The notes beneath the pieces are model-generated. The model searched no databases. It was not told the DNA's origin and was given only the letters and a program-made list of their open reading frames with translations. Both the position numbers and the translations under genes were made by a program. A stretch of 64,000 bases of DNA, from NCBI GenBank assembly GCA_034666125.1, contig JAXDML010000002.1:4613-68612 (forward strand). Direction: 5' to 3'. Positions 1 through 9,051 of the stretch are shown piece after piece (the first letter of the stretch is position 1; the number at the start of each line of letters is the position of its first letter). The stretch comes from Candidatus Parcubacteria bacterium. GTDB lineage: Bacteria; Patescibacteriota; Minisyncoccia; Phycocordibacterales; Phycocordibacteraceae.

Positions 1-242
1 TGGTCGATCTTCCCGTCCGGGAGGATCTTGCTCCGGGAGAAATAGTCGATCGCGCCGAGGATGAGCAGACGGACCGTCGGAGAGTGCATATGCTCCTCAA
101 CGTAACGCTTCAGATCGGCGACGGTCCTGATACCCTCCGTCTCGATCCACAGCCTGCGGAGCAGGTCGTAGTCGGTCGAATAGAAATAGGTGTGAGGCAA
201 TCCGCGCGTTCCGCTCGGAAGCCAGTGGGACTGCATGCCCAT
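1..242 (-). CDS. Hypothetical protein, 5' part only (runs off window start)
   Basis: Open frame from ATG 242 (MGMQSHWLPSGTRGLPHTYFYSTDYDLLRRLWIETEGIRTVADLKRYVEEHMHSPTVRLL...) with AGGAGG SD and its own promoter; absent from the ORF track because truncated. Confidence 0.6.
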   Translation of the reverse strand, partial: MGMQSHWLPSGTRGLPHTYFYSTDYDLLRRLWIETEGIRTVADLKRYVEEHMHSPTVRLLILGAIDYFSRSKILPDGKID

Positions 243-274
243 AGAACGCCTCCTGCGTGTTCGTGTCCGGTTAA

Positions 275-303
275 AACCTAGCGGGAAACTCGGTCGCTGT
301 CAA
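275..303 (-). promoter_or_regulatory. Sigma70-type promoter TTGACA-N17-TAGGTT
   Basis: Read directly on the minus strand upstream of the 1..242 ORF. Confidence 0.55.
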
Positions 304-305
304 AA

Positions 306-647
306 CTACAGATCCTTCCCGTGGTAGAGCTCCGGGGAAAGGGAAGAGGCGTCAACGCCGTCGAGGCAGCGAACGTTCACCATGACTTTCGGGAACGTAA
401 CTCCTTCGGCATACGGCTGCACGCCGCAGACGCGGCAGAAAAGATGCCGGATGGCCTTCTTGTTGAAGAAATATTCCATGAGCATATCTTCGCTCGTATG
501 GAGCGTGAACTTGTCCTTGTCGACCGCCGAAAGGATGAATCCTTTCTTGCTGCAGTGGGAGCAGTCGCATTCGATGACCTTGTCGAGATCGACTTCGGCC
601 TCGAACCTGACCGCGCCGCAGTGGCACCCGCCTTCGTATGTCTTCAT
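306..647 (-). CDS. GFA/CENP-V family zinc protein
   Basis: GGCHCGAVRF, CDCSHC, FCRVCG motifs; TACTAT 6 nt before ATG. Confidence 0.9.
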   Translation of the reverse strand: MKTYEGGCHCGAVRFEAEVDLDKVIECDCSHCSKKGFILSAVDKDKFTLHTSEDMLMEYFFNKKAIRHLFCRVCGVQPYAEGVTFPKVMVNVRCLDGVDASSLSPELYHGKDL

Positions 648-712
648 GCGGACATAGTACTATGAAGCCCGTATAGATTGCCATTTTCCGAAAAAGCTTC
701 TATAACTCCACC

Positions 713-1648
713 ATGGCCTCCATCCTCCAGTCCCTCGGCCGACCGCGCCCGCCCTTCGTCGTGGCGCTCGCCGTTACGCTGCTTTTCGCCGGCGGGCTTA
801 TCGTGGCCGGACGTTCGGGCAGCCTGGACCCTTCCGAGCCTGCGGATACGGCTGTCGCATCGGTGCTGCCGGGCGCCGTCGTCGCGCTTACGAACAAGGA
901 ACGCTCCAGCGACGGCCTCGGAACCCTGAAGGCCAGCGCGCTCCTGAGCAGTGCCGCGCAGCTGAAGGCCAACGACATGGCGGCGAAGAGCTACTACGCC
1001 CACGTGTCGCCGGACGGCACGATACCGCCGCAGTGGCTCAGTAAGGTCGGGTACAGGTTCCAGGCCATGGGCGAGAACCTGGTCGTGGACCGTGAAAGCT
1101 CGGCAGAGGTAGTGTCGGCATGGATGGGTTCTAACGCGCACCGCGAGAACATCCTGAACCCGCAGTTCACGGAGATCGGCATCGGCATCGCGTACGGCAA
1201 CTACAAGGGACGCGACACGACGTACGTCGTGCAGATGCTCGCGCGGCCGCAGCAGGCCGCGGCCGCTCCGAAGGTCGTCGTACAGCCGAAGCCGACGCCG
1301 CCACTGACTCCATCCAAGCCCCTCCTTCCTACGCCGGTACCGACCAAGAGCGCCGCGACCACGTCGGTGCTCGTGCGCCCGCCGACGCCGAAGCCGGTAG
1401 TGAAGGACAAGATCACGCCCATCCTCGACACCGTCGCCTCGACGACGCTCATGGAAGTGCCGAGCATCGTCGCGGACGTGACCATCCTTCCGGCACCGGT
1501 GACCACCCCGTACATGTCCGAGCCGATAGAGTTGAACGTCCAGGCCGTGGCGGAGGCGCCCGCACAGGCGCCGACGCGCTCCCGATTCAGCTCGTTCATG
1601 AGCGAAGTCGGCCGTCAGATAAGCAGCTTCTTCAGTCCGATCTTCTAG
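713..1648 (+). CDS. CAP/SCP domain protein with Pro/Thr-rich tail
   Basis: N-terminal TM; TNKER, YYAHVSPDG, GENL, WMGSNAHRENIL, EIGIG. Confidence 0.9.
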   Translation: MASILQSLGRPRPPFVVALAVTLLFAGGLIVAGRSGSLDPSEPADTAVASVLPGAVVALTNKERSSDGLGTLKASALLSSAAQLKANDMAAKSYYAHVSPDGTIPPQWLSKVGYRFQAMGENLVVDRESSAEVVSAWMGSNAHRENILNPQFTEIGIGIAYGNYKGRDTTYVVQMLARPQQAAAAPKVVVQPKPTPPLTPSKPLLPTPVPTKSAATTSVLVRPPTPKPVVKDKITPILDTVASTTLMEVPSIVADVTILPAPVTTPYMSEPIELNVQAVAEAPAQAPTRSRFSSFMSEVGRQISSFFSPIF

Positions 1649-1652
1649 CGAT

Positions 1653-2201
1653 ATGAACCGTATGCAAAACAGCCGCCCTATCATCCTCGGCGTTATCCTG
1701 ATCCTAGCGGTCATAGCCGCCCTGGCTTTCCATATGCATGCGGAGCGTCCAGAGGAGCGCGGTGTCACCGCCCGTGACGTGGTGAGCAGCGACTTTGACC
1801 ATATCTCGATCTTGAAGCTTTACGCGTATGATCCTCGTCTCGATACGGATGCGGACGGGAATATCGTCTGTAGCGAGAAGGGTCTCGTAGCCGTTGAACG
1901 TAAAATTCCGGGACCGGATGCGACGCCTCTCATAATGCTCGACCTCCTTTTCAAGGGCTCGCTTACGGAAGAGGAGCGTGCACTCGGCCTTACGACCGAG
2001 TTCCCGCTTGAAGGAGTAGAGCTTGATACGGTCACATCCGACGACGGGATCATGACCATCGGTATCCGCGATCCGAACCACAAGCTTTCCGGAGGAGCAT
2101 GCCGTATCAGCATCCTCCGCGCGCAGATAGAGGCTACGGCAAAGCAGTTCCAAGGAGTCTTGGAAGTACGCTTCGCGCCCGAGGGAATACTCGAACCATA
2201 A
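1653..2201 (+). CDS. GerMN-domain membrane-anchored protein
   Basis: N-terminal TM; GLTTEFP, GGACRI..LRAQIEATAKQF.GV.EV pattern. Confidence 0.7.
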   Translation: MNRMQNSRPIILGVILILAVIAALAFHMHAERPEERGVTARDVVSSDFDHISILKLYAYDPRLDTDADGNIVCSEKGLVAVERKIPGPDATPLIMLDLLFKGSLTEEERALGLTTEFPLEGVELDTVTSDDGIMTIGIRDPNHKLSGGACRISILRAQIEATAKQFQGVLEVRFAPEGILEP

Positions 2202-2662
2202 TGACGAAACAAAGCGCAGGGATCCTTTTATACAGGAAAGCAGGCGAGGGAATCGAGGTATTCGTCGCGCACCCGGGCGGGCCGTTCTTCGCGAAGAAGG
2301 ACGAGGGAGTGTGGTCCGTCCCGAAAGGCGAGTACGAGGACGATGAGGAGCCGCTTGCCGCGGCGCTCCGGGAATTCGAGGAAGAGATAGGGCAGAAGTC
2401 CCCCAGGGAAGGGTTCGAGCTGACTTCGGTACGGCGAAAGGACGGTAAGGTCGTGCGTGCGTGGGCGATCGAAGGCGATGCGGACCCGGCGGCCGTACAG
2501 AGCAACGAGTTCGAGATGGAATGGCCGCCGCGCACGGGCAGGAAGCAGTCGTTCCCGGAGATCGATCGCGCGGATTGGTTCACGCCCGAAGAAGCCAAGA
2601 AAAAGCTCTATCCGTACCAAGCGTCGCTCGTAGACGAACTCCTGGAGCGCCTCGGTCTATAG
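2201..2662 (+). CDS. NUDIX hydrolase
   Basis: Start MTKQSAG at 2201; HPGGPF and Nudix box KGEYEDDEEPLAAALREFEEEIG. Confidence 0.9.
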   Translation: MTKQSAGILLYRKAGEGIEVFVAHPGGPFFAKKDEGVWSVPKGEYEDDEEPLAAALREFEEEIGQKSPREGFELTSVRRKDGKVVRAWAIEGDADPAAVQSNEFEMEWPPRTGRKQSFPEIDRADWFTPEEAKKKLYPYQASLVDELLERLGL

Positions 2663-3424
2663 CACGAAGGCGAAGAATACCAGCGCGAGGAGGATGCGGT
2701 AGATACCGAACGGGATGAACGTGCGGGTCTTCACGAAATTCAGGAGGAAACGCAGCGAGAGCATGGCGACGACGAAGGCCGTCGCTATCCCGACCGCCAT
2801 GATACCGATGTCGCCCGTCTCGAATGTCGAGTAGGTTTTCAACAGGTCATACCCGGTCGCGGCGAGCATCGTCGGCACGGCGAGGAGGAACGAGAATTCC
2901 ACGATGGCGGCGCGGCGCATGCCGAGCAGGAGTCCGCCCACGATCGTCGCGCCCGAGCGAGATACGCCGGGAATGACCGCGATGGACTGGAAGAGGCCGA
3001 TGGTAAAGGCCTGGCGGTACGAGATGGCGCGCAGCGAGTCCGTTCCGTCAGCGCGCTCGGTATGGAAGTATTCGAATACGATGAGGAGGATGCCGCCTAC
3101 AAGAAGCGCGATGACGACCGTAAGCTCGCTGCCCAACAGGAATCCTTTGATCAGCTTATACAGGACGAAACCGATGATGGCCGTAGGAATAAAGGCCGTG
3201 AGAAGCCGCTTCAACACTTCGAGGTCGAGGAACGAGCGCCAGAAGGACACGATGACGGCGGCGATAGCACCGAGCTGGATGGCGATGAGGAAACTCGTCG
3301 TGAACGGGCTCTCGACGACGCCGAGAAGGTGCTGCGCGAGGATGAGATGCCCGGTCGAGGAGACGGGAAGGAATTCAGTCGCGCCTTCAAGGAGCCCGAG
3401 GAGGACGGCATCAAGAAAACCCAT
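2657..3424 (-). CDS. uppP: Undecaprenyl-diphosphatase UppP/BacA
   Basis: EGATEFLPVSSTGHL and PGVSRSGATI motifs. Confidence 0.95.
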   Translation of the reverse strand: MGFLDAVLLGLLEGATEFLPVSSTGHLILAQHLLGVVESPFTTSFLIAIQLGAIAAVIVSFWRSFLDLEVLKRLLTAFIPTAIIGFVLYKLIKGFLLGSELTVVIALLVGGILLIVFEYFHTERADGTDSLRAISYRQAFTIGLFQSIAVIPGVSRSGATIVGGLLLGMRRAAIVEFSFLLAVPTMLAATGYDLLKTYSTFETGDIGIMAVGIATAFVVAMLSLRFLLNFVKTRTFIPFGIYRILLALVFFAFVL

Positions 3425-3478
3425 CCCGTGATTGTACCGTATGGTGCCCTTCGGACGTGTTACCGTACGGACACATTC

Positions 3479-4213
3479 ATGGAACGCGATTGGAAGGAAT
3501 TACTCGACAGCAGGCTGGACACCTTCTGGGGGTATGGGAATCTGGACGGGAAGCACTGGTTCGTGGGGATGGAGGAAGGCCACGATCTGGATATGGAAAG
3601 CCTGAAAGGCAGACTGAAGGATACACAGGGGAAAAGCATCGTGGACATCGTGGAAGGGAACCCGTCCTTCGTCAAGAAGCTCAGGTGGTTCGTACCGCCC
3701 GCCCCACCGATCCAGAGGACGTATAAGGGGTACATAGCGATACAACTCTTCCTGGAACTCGGGAGAATGCCGACTACGATAGAAATACGCGAATATCAGC
3801 TCACCAGGCTCGGCCGCACGTACGTAGATGGCTTGCCGAACGATCATGCCATCTTGGAACTCATGCCCCTGCCCGCTCCTTCCCTTGCGGAAAGGCATTG
3901 GCCCTATGGGAATCTCGGTATAGCCGGTCTCGAGAACCGGAAAAAGTATCTGGCGACATACAAGCCGGTCCAATGCGAAAAGCTCAAGGCCATGATCGAG
4001 GACTATAAGCCGGCACTGGTGGTCTTCTATTCCCTGACCTATCTCGGGGACTGGCAGCGCATCGTTCCTGGAAAGTTAGAAGAGGTCGCCGATCGCCAAT
4101 TCGTATATGAAGATGCGGGTACGATATATTGCGTACTGCCGCATCCGGTTTCCCGAAATATACGGAACGCCGACTGGGAGACTTGGGGAAAGGAACTGCT
4201 CCGGAGGCTCTAA
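3479..4213 (+). CDS. Hypothetical protein, possible uracil-DNA-glycosylase-like fold
   Basis: Start MERDW; FWGYGN...WFVGMEEG near N-terminus and LPHP near C-terminus resemble UDG-superfamily motifs. Confidence 0.5.
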   Translation: MERDWKELLDSRLDTFWGYGNLDGKHWFVGMEEGHDLDMESLKGRLKDTQGKSIVDIVEGNPSFVKKLRWFVPPAPPIQRTYKGYIAIQLFLELGRMPTTIEIREYQLTRLGRTYVDGLPNDHAILELMPLPAPSLAERHWPYGNLGIAGLENRKKYLATYKPVQCEKLKAMIEDYKPALVVFYSLTYLGDWQRIVPGKLEEVADRQFVYEDAGTIYCVLPHPVSRNIRNADWETWGKELLRRL

Positions 4214-4234
4214 TCGTCTTGCTACAATACCTCC

Positions 4235-6937
4235 GTGACTCAACTTTGGCATACGCTCGCGAGCGGCGAGGTGCTTCGCGCGCTCGAAACGACCGAACAG
4301 GGGCTTTCGAAGGGCGAGGCGGCACGGCGCCTCGCCGTGTACGGGGAGAACCGCCTGCCTGAGGCGAAGACCGAAGGGTACCCGACCATCTTCCTGCGGC
4401 AGTTCGCGAGTCCTCTCGTCTATCTTCTCTTCGTAGCGGCGGTCATCGTATACCTTACGGGCGGCCGCGGGGACGCGCTTATCATCCTTTTCGTTCTCGT
4501 ATTCAACAGCATCGTCGGCACGATCCAGGAGGGGCGGGCACAGAACGCGCTGCGGGCCCTCAAGCGCTTCGCCGAGACGAATGCCACGGTCGTACGCGAC
4601 GGGCAGGAGCTCATCGTGCGCGATGCCGAGATCGTGCCCGGGGACGTCATCATCCTCGCGGAAGGGGCAAAGGTGCCGGCCGACGCACGCGTCATCATGT
4701 CACGGACGCTCCGCGCGGACGAGGCGTCGCTTACGGGCGAATCGGAACCCGTGACCAAGCGGACGGAGCCGGTGCGCGGGGAGCGAGCATCGCTCGGCGA
4801 CCGGATCAGCATGGTGTTCAAGGGCACGAACGTGACCAGCGGTTCTGGACGCGCGGTGATCGTGGCGACCGGCATCGACACCGAGATCGGGAAGATCGCC
4901 CAGAAGCTCAGCGGCATCGACACGGAGATGCCCCTCAAGGAGAACGTCAAGAACCTGTCGCGCGCGATCATGTATGTCGTCGGGATAGGCGGCGCATTGC
5001 TGTTCCTCGTGGGGCTCGCCTTCGGCAACGCGCCCGCGACAATGTTCTCGATCGTGATATCCCTCGCGGTGTCGGTCATCCCGGAAGGACTGCCCATCGT
5101 CATGACCCTCGTGCTCGCTACGGGCGTATATCGCATGGGAAAGCGGAACGTGCTCGTGAAGAAGCTCCAGGCAGTGGAGGCGCTCGGCCAGGCGCGCATC
5201 ATCGCGGTCGATAAGACGGGAACGATCACGAAGAACGAGCTCATGGTCGAACGCGTGTGGACGCCGGAAGCGCTGTTCTCGGTCTCCGGGGCTGGATACG
5301 AGCCCGTAGGAGCGTTCACGCTCGACGGGAGCGTCGTTGACGCGGCGAACCATCCGGAGCTTCTTTTTGCCGGCAAGCTCGCCGCGTACTCCGCGAGCGC
5401 GCAAACGATGTACTCGAGCGAGGAGAAGCGCTGGCGGATATCGGGGGATCCGACGGAGGCGGCGCTCCTAGTCTTCGGAGAGAAGACCGGTTTTACGAAG
5501 GCCGAGCTCGAGCACGAGTCGGCGCTCCTCTCCGAGATGCCGTTCGACTACCGCCTCAAATACCGCGCGACCCTGCACCGGGACGGCGACAAGAACATTG
5601 CTACCGTCACCGGCGCGCCGGAAAGCGTACTGGCGCTTTGTGACAGCATCCGCGTCAACGGGAAGGACGTGTCGTTCCATAAGGACTGGCGGCACAACGC
5701 GGAAGCCGCGATACAAGGGCTTTCAAAAGAAGGGCTTCGCGTGATCGCGTACGCCACGAAGCGCACGGAGCACAAGGAACTCGAGGAACGCATGCTCGAC
5801 CGCCTCAGCCTCGGCGGCCTGTATGCGATGCGCGATGCGCTGCGCCCCGAGGCCAGGGACGCGGTCGCGCGCGCGGAAGCAGCCGGCATCAGGGTTGTCA
5901 TGATCACGGGCGACCATAAGCTGACGGGCGCGGCCCTGGCGAGGGACGTAGGCATATTGAGGGAAGGTGACGAGGTACTGACCGGAGAGGATATCGAGAA
6001 GATGAATGACGTCGAGCTTGCTCATGCGCTCGAGCGCGCGACGGTCTTCGCTCGGGTCACTCCCGATCACAAGCTCCGTATCATTAACGCCTACCGTAAG
6101 AGGGGGGACATAACGGCGATGACCGGGGACGGCGTGAACGACGCGCCCTCGCTCGTCGCTGCGGACCTGGGGGTCGCGATGGGGGGGATAGGCACGGAAG
6201 TAGCGAAGGAGGCGGCCGATATCCTGCTCATGGACGATAACTTCGGAAGCATCGTGACCGCGGTCGAGGAGGGACGCAGCATCTACAAGACCATCAAGAA
6301 GGTCGTCCTGCACCTCTTCTCGACGTCGGTCGGCAAGGCGTTCACCATCATCGCCGCGATCTTCATCGGCTTCCCGCTGCCGCTGCTCGCCGTCCAGATC
6401 ATCTGGCTCAATTTCGTTACGGACACATTCCTCGACGTATCGCTCGCGATGGAGCCGAAGGAGAAAGGCCTGCTTTCCGAGAGCTTCAGGGGAACCGGGC
6501 GGTATATCATCGACCGGCTCATGGTCGTGCGGATGCTCTTCATGACCGCGCCGATGGTCGTGGGCACGCTCTGGGTCTTCTCGACCGCCATCGGCCCCGA
6601 CCTGACGAAGGCGGGGACGCTCGCCATGACGACGCTCGCGGTCTCCCAGTGGTTCAACGCATGGAACTGCCGCTCGGAGACGGAGTCCCTCTTCCGGATG
6701 AACCCATTCGGGAACGTGTACCTCATCGCCGCGACATGCGTCGTCGCGCTGCTCCAGGTGCTCGCGCTCACGGTGCCGTTCCTACAGAGCATGCTGCATA
6801 CGATGCCGCTCTCGCTTTCCGAGTGGCTCCTCTGCATCGGGGTCGCGACCAGCGTCATCTTTACGGAGGAGATACGGAAGTTCTTCCATCGCCGGATGCT
6901 CCAAAATCGCGTGCAGGTATCGCCCATAACGGCTTAA
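4235..6937 (+). CDS. Cation-transporting P-type ATPase (P2A-like)
   Basis: TGES, IPEGL, DKTGT, MITGD, GDGVND; GTG start 6 nt after TACAAT. Confidence 0.95.
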   Translation: MTQLWHTLASGEVLRALETTEQGLSKGEAARRLAVYGENRLPEAKTEGYPTIFLRQFASPLVYLLFVAAVIVYLTGGRGDALIILFVLVFNSIVGTIQEGRAQNALRALKRFAETNATVVRDGQELIVRDAEIVPGDVIILAEGAKVPADARVIMSRTLRADEASLTGESEPVTKRTEPVRGERASLGDRISMVFKGTNVTSGSGRAVIVATGIDTEIGKIAQKLSGIDTEMPLKENVKNLSRAIMYVVGIGGALLFLVGLAFGNAPATMFSIVISLAVSVIPEGLPIVMTLVLATGVYRMGKRNVLVKKLQAVEALGQARIIAVDKTGTITKNELMVERVWTPEALFSVSGAGYEPVGAFTLDGSVVDAANHPELLFAGKLAAYSASAQTMYSSEEKRWRISGDPTEAALLVFGEKTGFTKAELEHESALLSEMPFDYRLKYRATLHRDGDKNIATVTGAPESVLALCDSIRVNGKDVSFHKDWRHNAEAAIQGLSKEGLRVIAYATKRTEHKELEERMLDRLSLGGLYAMRDALRPEARDAVARAEAAGIRVVMITGDHKLTGAALARDVGILREGDEVLTGEDIEKMNDVELAHALERATVFARVTPDHKLRIINAYRKRGDITAMTGDGVNDAPSLVAADLGVAMGGIGTEVAKEAADILLMDDNFGSIVTAVEEGRSIYKTIKKVVLHLFSTSVGKAFTIIAAIFIGFPLPLLAVQIIWLNFVTDTFLDVSLAMEPKEKGLLSESFRGTGRYIIDRLMVVRMLFMTAPMVVGTLWVFSTAIGPDLTKAGTLAMTTLAVSQWFNAWNCRSETESLFRMNPFGNVYLIAATCVVALLQVLALTVPFLQSMLHTMPLSLSEWLLCIGVATSVIFTEEIRKFFHRRMLQNRVQVSPITA

Positions 6938-7145
6938 TCGTACGTTCACCGAGGGTCCGTCATACTTCCTCTCGGAACGCCGATACGGGCTACGCACTCG
7001 ATGCACAGCGAATCCAAGCGAATAACGCTTCTCCACTTTTAACCCCGCATTCCGGCACCCTGTCCTTTGACTTGGGAGGTAACGCAGCGCACCAACGCGC
7101 GGCCGCTTCCTCCCGCCCCGGGTACCGCGTATTGCGGACCCGCAC
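6938..7145. ncRNA. Candidate structured RNA (multi-hairpin intergenic element)
   Basis: Nested stems around UUCC-GAGA-GGAA (minus), plus GGGAGG/CCUCCC and CGGGU/ACCCG hairpins; no convincing ORF. Confidence 0.35.
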
Positions 7146-7150
7146 TACTA

Positions 7151-7187
7151 GCAAAGGCCCGGCCGCTTTACGCGGCCGGGCCTTTGC
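7151..7187. terminator. Bidirectional terminator-like hairpin
   Basis: Perfect 16-bp inverted repeat GCAAAGGCCCGGCCGC between convergent genes. Confidence 0.8.
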
Positions 7188-7196
7188 GCTTCTTAG

Positions 7197-7874
7197 TTAA
7201 TACGCTGCAAGGTCGAGCTTGTACCCGCGCCCGGGCACGGTATGTATGAGGTTCTTATTCCCGGGCAGGTTCAGCTTCTTACGGAGCCCGCGGATATGCG
7301 ACTCGATGGTATTCGAGAACGGGTCGCTCACCATATCCCAGACGTGTTCCATGATCATGCCGCGTGAGAGCACGGTTCCCTGGTGGCGCATCAGGTACGC
7401 AAGGAGCATGAATTCCTTTCGGGTGAGGTATACGCCGCGTTCGCCCCGCTTCACGTTCTGCTGCTTCACGTCGACCGTGAGATCGTCGACGGTCATGATG
7501 TCCCCGACGAGGTTCGACGGCCGCCGCAGGAGCGCCCGCACGCGGGCCATGAGCTCGTCGAACGAGTACGGCTTTATGAGATAGTCGTCGGCGCCGGCGT
7601 TCAGGAGCTGCACCTTCTGCCAGCTATCGTTCAGGACGGAAAGCATGAGGATGGGAACGGTGCGCCCGGTACGGCGTATCTCCGTGCAGACCGTGGTGCC
7701 GGCCTTCTCGGGGAGCATATTGTCGAGTATGACGATGTCGTAGTCGTTCGTGCGCGCCATGTACGAGCCCTCGGTCCCGTCGGCGGCCGTATCGACCGCA
7801 AAGCACTGAGTGCGCAGGTTATCGGCCAGCATCTCCCGCAGCGCATCCTCGTCCTCCACTACCAGTGCTCTCAT
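7197..7874 (-). CDS. OmpR/PhoB family response regulator (no kinase nearby)
   Basis: VVEDE, ILD, GADDYLIKPY receiver; LTRKEF..IHTVPGRGY winged helix. Confidence 0.95.
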   Translation of the reverse strand: MRALVVEDEDALREMLADNLRTQCFAVDTAADGTEGSYMARTNDYDIVILDNMLPEKAGTTVCTEIRRTGRTVPILMLSVLNDSWQKVQLLNAGADDYLIKPYSFDELMARVRALLRRPSNLVGDIMTVDDLTVDVKQQNVKRGERGVYLTRKEFMLLAYLMRHQGTVLSRGMIMEHVWDMVSDPFSNTIESHIRGLRKKLNLPGNKNLIHTVPGRGYKLDLAAY

Positions 7875-8059
7875 ATATTCGTTTCGGTTAAACCTGTATT
7901 ACCTCATTCTAAAGAGGAGACAGAGCCAGTCGTCGTTCACCTGAACCGAATCGGGGATAAATATCGTCTCGCCAAGAACTCTCGTGAAAACAACACGTAT
8001 TTGCTAACCCAAACCTTAAGAAAAGCTGCAGAAGAATATCAAGAATAAAAAGAAAAGAC

Positions 8060-8108
8060 CGCGGCGCCGACGGAGAAGGCGCGTTGGTCTTCTCACGGTC
8101 GGGCCGCG
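8060..8108 (-). terminator. Long GC hairpin with U-rich tail after small membrane gene
   Basis: CCGCGG...CCGCGG-closed stem followed on the minus strand by TCTTTTCTTTTT. Confidence 0.55.
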
Positions 8109-8119
8109 GTCGTAATTGG

Positions 8120-8365
8120 TCAGCCGGCCGCTTGGCGCGCCGGGGTCCGGTCGGTTTCGTAGAGCACGATCCCGAGCATCGAGCCGACGATCATGCTGAG
8201 GCCTCCGACGACCTCCAGCATCAAGCCGAGACTCTCGAGGCTATCGATGCCGAGCACGCGCCCGACCCCGAACATCGCGAGGCCGATCAGCATGATGCAG
8301 GAACTGCAGATCGCCGCCAGCGCTTCGCTGGGGGAGAACCCGTACGCTATCAAGATCTTCCGCAT
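8120..8365 (-). CDS. Small two-TM membrane protein
   Basis: GAGGAGG SD before ATG 8365; two hydrophobic segments; upstream TTGACA. Confidence 0.6.
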   Translation of the reverse strand: MRKILIAYGFSPSEALAAICSSCIMLIGLAMFGVGRVLGIDSLESLGLMLEVVGGLSMIVGSMLGIVLYETDRTPARQAAG

Positions 8366-8448
8366 CTTCTCCTCCTCAATCGCGGTGTGAGATATTGATA
8401 ACATACATAGCAGGTTTTGTCAAAGAACGTATCCTACAGCATGTATTA

Positions 8449-8478
8449 TTGGCTATCGAACAGTTGTTCGAGTATGCT
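8449..8478 (+). promoter_or_regulatory. Leaderless promoter overlapped by SOS-box-like palindrome TCGAAC-AGTT-GTTCGA
   Basis: TTGGCT (8449) ... TATGCT (8473); palindrome 8456-8471 between them, matching the GAAC-N4-GTTC LexA box type. Confidence 0.75.
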
Positions 8479-8484
8479 ATGGGT

Positions 8485-9051
8485 ATGCAGGACGGACACG
8501 CGGAGAAGGTGCGGAAGTTCTATCGGCGGCACAAGCGGATGCCTTCGATCACCGAGCTCATGGGCATATTCAAGCTCGCCTCACGGAGCTCGGCGTTCTA
8601 TGTGGCGAACAAGCTCGTGGAAGCGGGCGTGCTCGAGAAGGACCGGACGGGAAAGCTCGTGCCGGGAAGCGCTTTCCATGCGGTGCCGGTCGTGGGTCAT
8701 GTCCGCGCGGGCTTCGCCGCGCCCGCAGAGGAGGAGCTCGCGGACACCATCAGCATCGGGGAGTATCTGCTGCGGCGCCCCGAGGCGAGTTACCTCCTTA
8801 CGGTCGAAGGGGACTCCATGCAGGACGCGGGCATTCATCACAAGGACATGGTGGTATTCGAGCGGACGCAGGAGTATAAGGTCGGAGACATCGTGGTCGC
8901 GCTCACCCAGGACGGCTACACGCTCAAGTATCTGCGCAAGAAACAGGGGACGTATTATCTCGAAGCGGCGAACGAGGACTTCCCGGATATCCATCCGCAG
9001 GAAGGAGAGATCGTCGGCGTCGTGACCGCCACGTTCAGGAAGTATGGATAG
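8485..9051 (+). CDS. lexA: LexA-family repressor (wHTH + S24 peptidase)
   Basis: PSITEL helix, A-G cleavage site VRAGF, catalytic GDSM Ser and TLK Lys; ATG 6 nt after -10 (alternative ATG 8479). Confidence 0.85.
   Translation: MQDGHAEKVRKFYRRHKRMPSITELMGIFKLASRSSAFYVANKLVEAGVLEKDRTGKLVPGSAFHAVPVVGHVRAGFAAPAEEELADTISIGEYLLRRPEASYLLTVEGDSMQDAGIHHKDMVVFERTQEYKVGDIVVALTQDGYTLKYLRKKQGTYYLEAANEDFPDIHPQEGEIVGVVTATFRKYG

Noticed and set aside
3062-3478. Upstream extensions in the ORF track (also 2099, 8395, 21941, 23027, 25965, 28713, 53918)
   Set aside because: They overlap neighbouring genes or promoters; downstream starts fit the family N-termini and, in several cases, the -10 spacing.
7000-7062. 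Cobalamin-riboswitch-like start on the minus strand (GGUGCC...GGUUAAAAG)
   Set aside because: The GGGAA junction, T-loop and GCCACUG core are not convincingly present, and no sense gene follows.
8000-8030. OmpR-type direct repeat upstream of the response regulator
   Set aside because: Only a partial 11-bp-period match, which is too weak to call.
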